IMG/VR virus record: IMGVR_UViG_3300046507_000667
Span: 1 to 64,000 of that record
Direction: 5' to 3' (one strand)
DNA length: 64,000 bases
Part shown: in pieces, positions 47,592 through 57,055 of the stretch
How positions within the stretch are numbered: position 1 is the stretch's first letter
Layout: the number at the start of each line of letters is the position of its first letter
Translations under genes and position numbers: made by a program
Notes under the pieces: model-generated
The model's input: the letters and a program-made list of their open reading frames with translations, nothing else
Told to the model about the DNA's origin: nothing
Database searches by the model: none

Positions 47592-48629
47592 ATGAATGAC
47601 GATGTATTAGCTATCTCTAATGGTCTAAAAATTAAATACCTTGAGATGAATAAGCTAATGGAGGATTGTACATTTTCAGAAGGAATTGAAACCATCGATA
47701 TCTATATCGACTCTAATCAATTCTTTGCATTCATGCGTCAAGAGCATACTAAGGCTGTTGCAGATAAACTGATTAAAAGTAAAGACTCAGTATCTCCAGC
47801 TATTGCTTTCTTTAATCTCTGTGGACATTATCGAAACTACTTTAAGACTGTTGGAGTAAGTACTCGATTCTTTCTTATTCATTCTGTTGGTGATACTATC
47901 AAATCAGGTATCTATTCAGATTGGAATAAGGAAATCACTGAAGGTTATACTGATCTAAAAGGTAAGAATTACGTTGATTTTGTAGTACTAAAACGTATTC
48001 GTCCAATGGCTGAATTTCTTAATGATGTATATGTCATTAATTCAGTTGATGTATGTCATACTACATTTCCTTTCATTCTAAATGAAAAGAAAGAAAATAG
48101 AGCCACATTTATTTTATCTAATGATAAACGTTTTCTTCAATATACTTATCTATTAGATAAATGTGCTGTTATGCGTCCTTCAGCAAAGAACTATCGACTA
48201 GTAGAAGCAAGTGATATATTCAACTATATTCAAGATAAATTGAAGAATCAAGTTGAACTTACTTGTCATTATCTAATTCCATATCTAATGCTTGTAGGAA
48301 ATAAGAGTATTGATCCAATGGATGATAGTGTAAAGACTGCTAGTAAAGCTGTAAAGTATCTTGCTAATGGCCCTAAGATCGAATGGGATACTTATGATAA
48401 TCCGGAACTTCTCCGAGAAATCATGGGTAGCTTTGTAGATGAAGAAGATGATATCCCAAATACTTTAACTTTATTTGATGTACCTACTTTGGTGCAGAAA
48501 GTTGAGTTTTTAGATGCTTGGAAGACTCATATTCGGAATCAAGTTCAATCTACTCCATCAAAGAAATCAGCATTCGAGCTAAATGCCGAATTCTTTGAAG
48601 ATGAAATCAACTTGTCCATGCTCTATTGA
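47592..48629 (+). CDS. 5'-3' exonuclease/FEN (PIN)-fold protein, possibly inactive
   Basis: IYIDSN, YRNYF, FILSNDKRFLQY pattern; several expected acidic residues absent. Confidence 0.5.
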   Translation: MNDDVLAISNGLKIKYLEMNKLMEDCTFSEGIETIDIYIDSNQFFAFMRQEHTKAVADKLIKSKDSVSPAIAFFNLCGHYRNYFKTVGVSTRFFLIHSVGDTIKSGIYSDWNKEITEGYTDLKGKNYVDFVVLKRIRPMAEFLNDVYVINSVDVCHTTFPFILNEKKENRATFILSNDKRFLQYTYLLDKCAVMRPSAKNYRLVEASDIFNYIQDKLKNQVELTCHYLIPYLMLVGNKSIDPMDDSVKTASKAVKYLANGPKIEWDTYDNPELLREIMGSFVDEEDDIPNTLTLFDVPTLVQKVEFLDAWKTHIRNQVQSTPSKKSAFELNAEFFEDEINLSMLY

Positions 48630-48634
48630 TATAG

Positions 48635-48692
48635 AACAATGGGTTAGTTAAAAATTCAAATGTCCTAAAGATCCTTATTGGGTCTTTAGGAC
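48635..48692 (+). promoter_or_regulatory. late-type promoter (48635-48646) followed by leader hairpin (48662-48692)
   Basis: AACA ATGGGT TA; GTCCTAAAGATCC...GGGTCTTTAGGAC. Confidence 0.6.
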
Positions 48693-48720
48693 TACTCTTT
48701 ACTCTTCTTTTTTTTTGATT

Positions 48721-51700
48721 ATGGATAATATTGCAGCCGATTTAAGCCTTAATAGTTATCCGGGTGCCGATTATACTATTCCTCCTACATCAGGTAAGCA
48801 GGATCGTAAATCAGCAAATCTTAGTGCAGCTGATCAAGATAAGCTAAAGTCATTATTAGATCAAACTAATAAGGCATATGCTACTTGGCAGTCATGGATT
48901 CCTACATATCAGTTTAGTATTAAAGAAACCACTCGCTTAATGAGTGGTAATACTACTTTACAGAATGCACAAGCTCAAGCAGAAAACGATATTCAAGTAG
49001 CTAAACTTGATAAAGCTATTACAGTTGCTACGCGTCTTAATAGTGAGATGCAAAAAATATGTGATCCGAATGATTTGTACTCGGTTAATGTAGAATTTGG
49101 TGACTATTCAGATATCTATCCTTATAATAGTCATTTTAAAGAATATTTAGAAACTATTAAAGCTATTCAGCCACAAGTAGCAAATATTAAGAATAGCGCT
49201 CAACCAGTAGCTAAAGAAACTACTATTGCTGCAGCTACTGATAATGGTAATCCAAACGCTCCAGATATCACTGTGGCTACTGTAAAATCTGTAACTATTC
49301 CGATTCATCCATTTGAAAAGATCATGTATCAGATTTCAATGAATATGATCATGCCCGGAGCTACAGATATTCAGATTGATCAGTATATTCAGGATATGCT
49401 TTATTCTATTGATTTTGATAAGCATGCAATGCCTATTTTATCAGTAGGTATGAGAGTACCATACGCAGTTATTGCTTCAATTAAAGATCACTTTGAGAAT
49501 ATTACTTGGAGGTGGTCTGTTAGTAAGATTGCTAAAATATCAGATAAGAAAGAAGTCCAAGATTTTGCAATTCCCGAAGTTATCTTTGATAATGTGGAAC
49601 TAACAGCAATCGATCCTGATTTCAATGCAGTTAATCTTAATAAAGATACGGCAAGTAGACCAGAAGGTGCAATACCTACATATCCATTAAAGATTGACTT
49701 CATTATGAAGAAAGACAATCTTGCTAGTTCACATCAAATGGCAAGAATCTTTAATAATGTACGTATGATGGATATTCTTACTTTCTTATGTAATGCACTT
49801 AAGAAAGATAATCCTGATCTAAGTTTCACTATTACTCCACCTGATAATCAAAAGGTATATGAGCAAGTAATAATGGAACCATCTACATTTACACAAGCTA
49901 TTAATAACTTACAAGATCGATATGGGTTATATCGTTCTGGAGTTAGAGTATCACTTAGTTCAAATACTCAAGTAAGTGCAAATCCAGATACACAAGTAGC
50001 TAACTCTACTAGTGATGTACCAGAAAAGAAAGTAACGAAAAGTTACGTTACTATTACTGATAAAACTGGTACTGCACCAGCTACAGGTGCATTTTCTAAT
50101 GTACTTATTGAGATAGTAGATACTCGTAATACTGATAATCTTGGATATGAAAGTGGTTCATGGCTTGATAAAGATTCAAAGACATTAGTAGTTAGATCCA
50201 GTAAGCCATATTCTATCAATAAGAATAATTCAGAACGTTTGAGTAATGGTGAGAATATGCGTGTTCTCCATAATAGCTCAAATTTTCATGCTCGTTCTGT
50301 TTGTGATGCAGTAACTAATGTAGTTGGTTCACAACGTCTGTATAAGCATCCATATGATAATGAGTATGCTTTATCACAAGTACAAACAGCAGTACACGAA
50401 AAGACTCTACAAGTAGGTATTGAAGTAGCTGATATTGATATCTTTACATTTTCAGATAATCTTAATTATTATCTAAAATTCTATTCAGCAGATGATACTA
50501 CTGCATCAGGTACTTATCGTATTACTAATGCTCAATTTTTACTTCGTGATGGTAATTCTGGACCTAAGAATGCTATAGAGACTTCAGGTAAGTTTATCTT
50601 TACAGATATTCCACCTCTTAAGCAAGATGGTAAAGTAATTGAACGTCCTACTTATGAAGCACGAGTAAATACAGCTATTAAAGAAACTACTACAAATGCT
50701 AACTCTACTGGTACAGTACCTATGCCAACTACAGCAGTTGGTCTATTTGGTATTCCAGTGGCTCCTGCAGGTAATTCAGTTAGCAAAGCAATTGATTCAG
50801 CTAAATCTGGTATAAGTGGGGCATTAGCTACGGCTAAGGCTGCTACTACTGCAGTTAATAACACTATTACATCCGCTGTTAAGAATGTAGAAAATGCAGT
50901 ATCTGACACAGTTAATTCTGGTTTGGATCAAGTAAATAGTGGAGTTAACACTGTTAAAGCTTCTGTTGGTAGTACTTATGATAGTGCTTTAAGTAATATT
51001 AAAACTTCCGTTTCTCCTATTACTGAATCAGCATCAAAGGCTTTAGGTGATGGTAAAGATGTGATTGTTAAAGGTATGGGTGAGGCAGGTTTTAATGTTC
51101 CATCTACTGTACCTACATCAAACTTTCCAGTTCCAGCTGTACTAGGTGGAGTTGCTGCGGCAGCAGGAGTTACAACTATGATGAAGCTACGAGCATTAGT
51201 TCAGCCCAATAAAGTAGCAGCTACTTCAACAATTGCAGCAAGTACTAAGGTATACCAATTTAGACCTACATTTACTAATCGTAAAGATTATAATAATAAT
51301 GTAGTACCTGATACTATTGCTGATAACTATAATATGTCAGTACATATTCAATTTAAAGATGTATATGATTGTGTAACTGGTACTGATATTAATGCAGCAA
51401 ATGCAATGATGCAGAATTTTCCATCATTCATCTATGCTCAAAAGTTTTCAAATGAAATTCTTGATCCAATTATAGAGAAGTTTGGTAAATTCAACTATAG
51501 TAATGGTAAATTGCTTAGATTTTATAAGTATTCAGTTCCTGCACTAGATGGATTGGCCAGTCAATCATTAGTAGCTCTTTCAGCAGATTTTGTGCCTACT
51601 AGTGATATCGGTGATTCATTGTGTTCAGCATTACTCTGGATTGCTATTAATAGTGGATTAGACTTCGACCAATTGATTCTAGAAGGTGATGGAAATCAAT

Positions 51701-51864
51701 GGAAGTTTATTCACATTGGTAGACAGCTTAATGGAACTAATCGAAAGCAAGTTCTATTAATGCCTAATACTAGTGCAAATACTAACTTTTATCAGATTGA
51801 TCCTACAGTAATTGGTCATGAATCTCAGATCTATTACAAGAACTATAAATCTTTAATTAACTAA
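48721..51864 (+). CDS. large tail/baseplate-hub-like virion protein with C-terminal degenerate peptidase M15-like domain
   Basis: 1047 aa; Ala/Ser/Thr/Val low-complexity linker; ILDPIIEKFG...SQSLVALSADF...FDQLILE...FIHIG. Confidence 0.55.
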   Translation: MDNIAADLSLNSYPGADYTIPPTSGKQDRKSANLSAADQDKLKSLLDQTNKAYATWQSWIPTYQFSIKETTRLMSGNTTLQNAQAQAENDIQVAKLDKAITVATRLNSEMQKICDPNDLYSVNVEFGDYSDIYPYNSHFKEYLETIKAIQPQVANIKNSAQPVAKETTIAAATDNGNPNAPDITVATVKSVTIPIHPFEKIMYQISMNMIMPGATDIQIDQYIQDMLYSIDFDKHAMPILSVGMRVPYAVIASIKDHFENITWRWSVSKIAKISDKKEVQDFAIPEVIFDNVELTAIDPDFNAVNLNKDTASRPEGAIPTYPLKIDFIMKKDNLASSHQMARIFNNVRMMDILTFLCNALKKDNPDLSFTITPPDNQKVYEQVIMEPSTFTQAINNLQDRYGLYRSGVRVSLSSNTQVSANPDTQVANSTSDVPEKKVTKSYVTITDKTGTAPATGAFSNVLIEIVDTRNTDNLGYESGSWLDKDSKTLVVRSSKPYSINKNNSERLSNGENMRVLHNSSNFHARSVCDAVTNVVGSQRLYKHPYDNEYALSQVQTAVHEKTLQVGIEVADIDIFTFSDNLNYYLKFYSADDTTASGTYRITNAQFLLRDGNSGPKNAIETSGKFIFTDIPPLKQDGKVIERPTYEARVNTAIKETTTNANSTGTVPMPTTAVGLFGIPVAPAGNSVSKAIDSAKSGISGALATAKAATTAVNNTITSAVKNVENAVSDTVNSGLDQVNSGVNTVKASVGSTYDSALSNIKTSVSPITESASKALGDGKDVIVKGMGEAGFNVPSTVPTSNFPVPAVLGGVAAAAGVTTMMKLRALVQPNKVAATSTIAASTKVYQFRPTFTNRKDYNNNVVPDTIADNYNMSVHIQFKDVYDCVTGTDINAANAMMQNFPSFIYAQKFSNEILDPIIEKFGKFNYSNGKLLRFYKYSVPALDGLASQSLVALSADFVPTSDIGDSLCSALLWIAINSGLDFDQLILEGDGNQWKFIHIGRQLNGTNRKQVLLMPNTSANTNFYQIDPTVIGHESQIYYKNYKSLIN

Positions 51865-51867
51865 TAA

Positions 51868-51898
51868 TCCCCCTAACCCTCGAAAGAAGGTTAGGGGA
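51868..51898. terminator. bidirectional terminator, CCCTAACC family
   Basis: between convergent genes. Confidence 0.85.
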
Positions 51899-51903
51899 TT
51901 TTA

Positions 51904-52791
51904 TTAGGCCTTACGAATTTTAAGACCATTCATAAAGTCTTGGATTGCTCTTAATTCTAAATGAACAATCTTGACCATGAGACTATTGATATAAGCAATA
52001 TGATTAAGCTTGTCATGGATTGCGGCAATATCATGATGTGCTGTCGGATCATCTGCTTTAACCTTATCTACTTCAGCTTCAGTAGCTCCTACTCGATGAA
52101 CTAATGAGCCAAGCATTTGCTTATATTTGTCTTGATCACTCTTTAGATCACCAATGATACGTGCAAATAATTGCAGTGAAAATTTAACGGTACCATCAAT
52201 TTCTTTGGTCTCATCATAATCTGCAATAAGATGAGCATATTTCTTGCCCATATCATCAACTGTATCTTCTACAGACTTTTTCTTTTCAGCATAAGAAGTT
52301 ACTGGTACTTCATCTAATGCTGTAATTAGATCATTTAATTTAGGTACATTGTCTCTTGAGAATGGACGAATCTTCTCATAATTTTTGACAATACCTTTTT
52401 TACATTCTGCTTCAAGCAGTTCTTTTTCTAGCAATACTGATTCTTCTAAACTACCACCTGATTTCCAACGCTTTTCAACAATAAGCAGGTGAGCTAGAAT
52501 TCTAATCATTGTTACAATGATTGCATTCCATACACGCTTGAGAGTTTCGAGGAACTTTCGAATGAGACTCTTTACACTCTCAATAAATTTGGAAATTAGG
52601 CTGACTTTGGCTTCTTTCTGCTCATTCTCAGAAAGAATATTTGCTGATACGTGTAATTGGTAATCTTCATGTAGAACTGAAATCATACAGTCCGACATAC
52701 TCTGGGTGAATTCGCATAAACTTACTAATGCTTCTTCAAGAGTGACTACTTCTACTTGCATTTGTTGTTGATTTTCTAAAAATAGCGCCAT
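51904..52791 (-). CDS. MALFL-family putative internal head protein
   Basis: start corrected to ATG 52791 (MALFLENQ); the track's upstream extension crosses a terminator. Confidence 0.75.
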   Translation of the reverse strand: MALFLENQQQMQVEVVTLEEALVSLCEFTQSMSDCMISVLHEDYQLHVSANILSENEQKEAKVSLISKFIESVKSLIRKFLETLKRVWNAIIVTMIRILAHLLIVEKRWKSGGSLEESVLLEKELLEAECKKGIVKNYEKIRPFSRDNVPKLNDLITALDEVPVTSYAEKKKSVEDTVDDMGKKYAHLIADYDETKEIDGTVKFSLQLFARIIGDLKSDQDKYKQMLGSLVHRVGATEAEVDKVKADDPTAHHDIAAIHDKLNHIAYINSLMVKIVHLELRAIQDFMNGLKIRKA

Positions 52792-52814
52792 ATCTAACCC
52801 TTGAAAATAAAAAC

Positions 52815-52840
52815 CCCTAACCCTCGGTAGAAGGTTAGGG
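52815..52840 (-). terminator. terminator, CCCTAACC family
   Basis: CCCTAACC...GGTTAGGG. Confidence 0.75.
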
Positions 52841-52873
52841 AGTTCATCAAGCAATTAAGTAATTATTAATTAC

Positions 52874-53668
52874 TTATTCCTTCTTTTCTTCTGGTGTATT
52901 TGCTGCACCAGCTTGAACAGCTTGTGAAGCAAGACCAAATAGACGAGTAGCTGCTTGAGCTAGTGTTGAAACACCAGTCTTTTGTGCAACTAGCTTGCCA
53001 TGTTCTTCACCAGCTGACTTCTTGTCGTCTGCTGAAGACTTTTCATCGCTTTGAACCTTCTCAGCTTGAGCAATCATTGCATTGATTTGGGCTTCTGCAT
53101 TCTTTTGCTTAGCGATGACGATTGTCATTGCCTTTTGAATTGCGCCGAGTTCTGAAGCCTTAACTGCAACTGCTTCGCCACCTTGTGCGTCTGCTGCGGC
53201 TTCCTTATCGAAAGCTTCCTTAGCTTCTGCAACTGCCTTTGAATAAGCTTCTGCTGAAGCTGGCTTAGCTGAAACAGCCTTACCTAGCTTGTCAAATGCT
53301 TCTGAAGCCTTGTTTAGACGCTCTAGCTTTGCCTTGTTAACCTTGAGCTTGCCATTTGCGCCAGTGATCTTGGCCCAGAGAGCCTTGAAACGTGCGACAA
53401 CAGCGGCCCATACGCGCTTGATCATTTCCTTGAGCTTCTTGAACATTTCAACTAGCTTTGAACCAGCACGCTTTAGAAGACCAGCCTTCTTTTCTTCAGC
53501 AGCTTCTTCAGTTAGTGTCTTTGATTGCTCATGGATGATGAAGTCAGCACGGAGTACTGATTCATTAAATGCTGCGAACTCTTGTGTGAACTCTAGAAGG
53601 CCGAGAAGGGCTGTGTCTAGTGATACACGTGGAGCTACTTGGGTGCTTTCTTGTAGGAAAAGTGCCAT
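52874..53668 (-). CDS. MALFL-family putative internal head protein (Ala/Lys-rich, strongly biased codons)
   Basis: MALFLQES...FNESVLRADF..HE; own late promoter. Confidence 0.8.
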   Translation of the reverse strand: MALFLQESTQVAPRVSLDTALLGLLEFTQEFAAFNESVLRADFIIHEQSKTLTEEAAEEKKAGLLKRAGSKLVEMFKKLKEMIKRVWAAVVARFKALWAKITGANGKLKVNKAKLERLNKASEAFDKLGKAVSAKPASAEAYSKAVAEAKEAFDKEAAADAQGGEAVAVKASELGAIQKAMTIVIAKQKNAEAQINAMIAQAEKVQSDEKSSADDKKSAGEEHGKLVAQKTGVSTLAQAATRLFGLASQAVQAGAANTPEEKKE

Positions 53669-53729
53669 GATATGTAAAATCCTTATTTACAAAATTTAGA
53701 AAAATTTAATACGTGGCGGTATTGATGAC

Positions 53730-53741
53730 TAACTTTATGTT
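53730..53741 (-). promoter_or_regulatory. late-type promoter AACA-N6-TA
   Basis: AACA TAAAGT TA. Confidence 0.65.
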
Positions 53742-53779
53742 TATTAGTTGTCACTCATAACTCGAACGTTCTAACTACA

Positions 53780-54598
53780 TCAAGTTGCTGATTGATCCTT
53801 AGCTAGCCTAGCACTATTACAAATAACGCCAATTACAGGACCAATTGTAGACATTACGAACTGTATAATTTCTTGCTTATGAATTAATTCAGCATGAATA
53901 TTATCAAATCCACTAGGATCTCTTTCTAAAATGATGACATTGGCTTCTTTTTGAATAGTCTCAATCGAAGACTTAAAATGTTTATCAGTTTCAGTAAAGA
54001 AATCTAAAAGCTTCTTAATGAAATCACAGAAATTAGTATCTGCATATACAATACCTTCCTCATCATTTGCCTTTGTAAAGACATCTTTAAGGACTAAAGT
54101 AAGTCTACCAATTTCTTTTCTAGTATCAGTATGAATTTGGTCGTAATTATCTTTCTTAGATACAAAAGTCTTATCGACAAAAGTTGTCGCAGTATTTACA
54201 AGATTTTGAATAGCCTCAAAAATCTCTTTCCTATGAATATAAATACCCTTATCGACAACGGTACGACCTTTTCCTTCATGACTTGTAATCTTTTCATAAA
54301 CTGCCGTGATTTTCTGCTTAATCCAGTTATAGATTCTTAGAAGAAAATCTTTTAATTTCTGGTAAAGTTTCTTAATAGCTTCAAAAGCTTTATTAACAAT
54401 TCCTTTACTTTCATTAAGTACTGTATCTTCAGAAAGAAATGCTAACCTTTCATGGAGAGAAAAGTCAGCGCGCAATACTGATTCATTAATAGCATTGAAT
54501 TCAATATTGGCTTCTAGAAGATCCAGAAATACTTCATGTAATTCAAATACTTGTACTATTTGAGTATCATCTTGTCTGGTTTCTAGAAAAAGTGCCAT
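53780..54598 (-). CDS. MALFL-family putative internal head protein
   Basis: MALFLETR...INESVLRADFSLHE. Confidence 0.75.
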   Translation of the reverse strand: MALFLETRQDDTQIVQVFELHEVFLDLLEANIEFNAINESVLRADFSLHERLAFLSEDTVLNESKGIVNKAFEAIKKLYQKLKDFLLRIYNWIKQKITAVYEKITSHEGKGRTVVDKGIYIHRKEIFEAIQNLVNTATTFVDKTFVSKKDNYDQIHTDTRKEIGRLTLVLKDVFTKANDEEGIVYADTNFCDFIKKLLDFFTETDKHFKSSIETIQKEANVIILERDPSGFDNIHAELIHKQEIIQFVMSTIGPVIGVICNSARLAKDQSAT

Positions 54599-54599
54599 A

Positions 54600-55709
54600 T
54601 TAGATCATTACTGATGAAGTTTGTAAATTGGATAAGGCACGCTTATCTTGATTAGCTTCCATGCGCATTTTGACTTCAGCTTGATCATTAGCATGATTTA
54701 CAACTGTAGCACGACGTTGTGCACCGGCCTTAAATGATTCAAAGTCAGACTTTGTCATGATACGAGCTTTCTGAACACCAATACTTGCTTCAATACCAGC
54801 AGAAATATTCTTATAGATATTGAATGTATAGCGAACTGAATAAATCAGGAAGCGGATTAAATAGACAGGGAATAGGAGAAGATCAGTGAAAGTATTGTGG
54901 GTAACTAGACCAACAATAACGTCAAGAATATTCTCATTAAGCTTCACTTGTTCAACAGCTTGGTCACAAGCTTCAGATAGTGTAGGCTGAAGAGCCTTAA
55001 CTAACGAACCATTGCTAAGACGTGAGCTAATGAAGTTGATATATGTTAGTTGGTTGTCAATTAGACCAGCTGGATATTCAAAGCGAAGGCTTGCAACTGT
55101 AGGAACCTTTGTAGTATAATCAAAATCAGCTTGAATTGAATTTGAATATAGAAGGTCAGCAGATACTTGAATTAGGTATACTGCTAGTTTAAAGAAACTT
55201 GTACCAAGCTTCTTACTATCACCATTTGCTGCTTCAGCTTGAATAATTTCACGCAATTGACGAGCATTCTGAGCTAGAAGACTAATAGCACGCAGGATGA
55301 TACTTGCATTGTGACTATATTCTTGCTGCTCAGGTGATTGTTGACTACCCATTGCATCATTTACTGACATTGATGTCTTTAGAAGACTAATCACTGCAGC
55401 ATTGTACTTTGTACGATTAATGTCGCCTTGAGCATTATCTAGATCTTTGAAGAATGCTAGATCTTCTGATGAAATCTTATCAAAAGTAGAAGCATCAACT
55501 TCATCACTATTAGCAATTAGATCTAGGACGTCTTTACGTGTAGCATTGACGAATTCATTTAAAGCATATTCAGCCCTAACTAGCTTTGCTTCTTTCAAAG
55601 GTAGCTTACGGAAAGCATCCTTATCTACAGCTTCATTGAGGTAGTAAGCTTCAGTATTACGATCTAGCATTGATTCTACTAGAGCGAGTTTGATTGGTGA
55701 ATTTAGCAT
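54600..55709 (-). CDS. probable virion head protein
   Basis: 369 aa, late operon, LVES/LNEA/LSEA motifs. Confidence 0.7.
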   Translation of the reverse strand: MLNSPIKLALVESMLDRNTEAYYLNEAVDKDAFRKLPLKEAKLVRAEYALNEFVNATRKDVLDLIANSDEVDASTFDKISSEDLAFFKDLDNAQGDINRTKYNAAVISLLKTSMSVNDAMGSQQSPEQQEYSHNASIILRAISLLAQNARQLREIIQAEAANGDSKKLGTSFFKLAVYLIQVSADLLYSNSIQADFDYTTKVPTVASLRFEYPAGLIDNQLTYINFISSRLSNGSLVKALQPTLSEACDQAVEQVKLNENILDVIVGLVTHNTFTDLLLFPVYLIRFLIYSVRYTFNIYKNISAGIEASIGVQKARIMTKSDFESFKAGAQRRATVVNHANDQAEVKMRMEANQDKRALSNLQTSSVMI

Positions 55710-55724
55710 TATTTATCCTTAGAA

Positions 55725-56846
55725 TTAACCACGCTGAATGCTGCTAAAGATAGCCTGTAGCTGCTTCTCATTATCTAGTGCAGCAGTACTCGTAACTTGC
55801 ATATCTGAAGGACGATCGCTATCAAAAATGATGAATTTCTTAGCAGGCTCATCAATAATGCAAATAGAAAGAATATTTAGTGAACTAAAGATTCGATGTA
55901 GGCTACCAGCATTAGTTAGAGTAAGTTTATACTCTGATGAAAGGCGATCTGCATCTGAAGAATCAAGAATAATTAAGAAATTCTTAAATTCAGTAATTTC
56001 ATCAAAAGCCTTTGGCCAAATAACACCAGAACGTGATGTAATTTTTGAGAGTACACGGTCTTTTAAAGCCAGTGATGTACGACGATCTGCTTCCTTCATG
56101 ACTGTACTAAGATTTAGTAGTACATCCTTGAAGAAACTTGCCTTACCAGCACGCCATTTGAGATACTGATAGAAATTTTGAGCATTCTTGCTTTGTGCAA
56201 GTGTAGCAATTAGTTCTTCACTATCTACAATAATAACAGTAACACGAACGAAGATGTTAAGCTTGAATTGAACAGCTTGACCATCTGCAGTTGCTACAGT
56301 AAGATTGTATGAATGAAGACTTCCAGGAGACATGAATGTACTTGCTTGACTGGAACCTAGATCAGTATTTTTAGCTGCTGGTTGATCACCATTAGCAACT
56401 ACTGGACTATTATTACGACGACCAGCAGGAGCTTCAGTAAGAGATTGACTAAATTTGAGATTTGAAAAATCAAAATTCTCATGCATACTACCTAGTGCAA
56501 CGTTTGCACTATCAGCTTTAGCAACGATAGAATTTTCTACATCTGGATTGGTAAGATTGCGGCGTAGGAAATCTTTAGCCGATGCAGCATTCTGACCAAT
56601 GTAATCTTGAATGATAACGTCAAGAAGTGTAGCTACCTTTGTCTCAATACCCTTAGCAATACGTGAAAATTGTGCAGGGCTGACATTGTTTGATGCAATC
56701 GCATAGATATTTAATGTATTCTTTGAGGCACGCTTGTTAATATCATTAAAATCATCTTGATCTGTACTTGCATTAAACTTGATTAATGGTAGTACGTTAT
56801 CTCGTACGTAATCAACCGTTTGGGCAATAATTGAAGGAGATGCCAT
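55725..56846 (-). CDS. probable virion structural protein
   Basis: 373 aa, first gene of late operon. Confidence 0.7.
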   Translation of the reverse strand: MASPSIIAQTVDYVRDNVLPLIKFNASTDQDDFNDINKRASKNTLNIYAIASNNVSPAQFSRIAKGIETKVATLLDVIIQDYIGQNAASAKDFLRRNLTNPDVENSIVAKADSANVALGSMHENFDFSNLKFSQSLTEAPAGRRNNSPVVANGDQPAAKNTDLGSSQASTFMSPGSLHSYNLTVATADGQAVQFKLNIFVRVTVIIVDSEELIATLAQSKNAQNFYQYLKWRAGKASFFKDVLLNLSTVMKEADRRTSLALKDRVLSKITSRSGVIWPKAFDEITEFKNFLIILDSSDADRLSSEYKLTLTNAGSLHRIFSSLNILSICIIDEPAKKFIIFDSDRPSDMQVTSTAALDNEKQLQAIFSSIQRG

Positions 56847-56887
56847 TATATATCCTATTGGTTTTAGTGTAAGACGAAACTCAGTTC

Positions 56888-57022
56888 TAAATCATTGTTA
56901 TTTTTAAGCATGAGAAAGATCTATGATAGACTTATATTTTTAAAACCATCTAACTAGTTAAATTAATGCTTTTAAGGATTAAGGTAAAATCATTAAACAT
57001 TTTATATTGAAACATCATAATA
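56888..57022. promoter_or_regulatory. divergent late-type promoters (- 56899-56888; + 57011-57022)
   Basis: AACA ATGATT TA and AACA TCATAA TA. Confidence 0.65.
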
Positions 57023-57055
57023 ATTAAATTTTTCTATTAAAATAAGATCTTTAAT

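Noticed and set aside
50650-51250. Repetitive-looking Ala/Ser/Thr/Val stretch as a tandem repeat or diversity-generating target
   Set aside because: Low-complexity coding linker with no exact nucleotide repeat units seen
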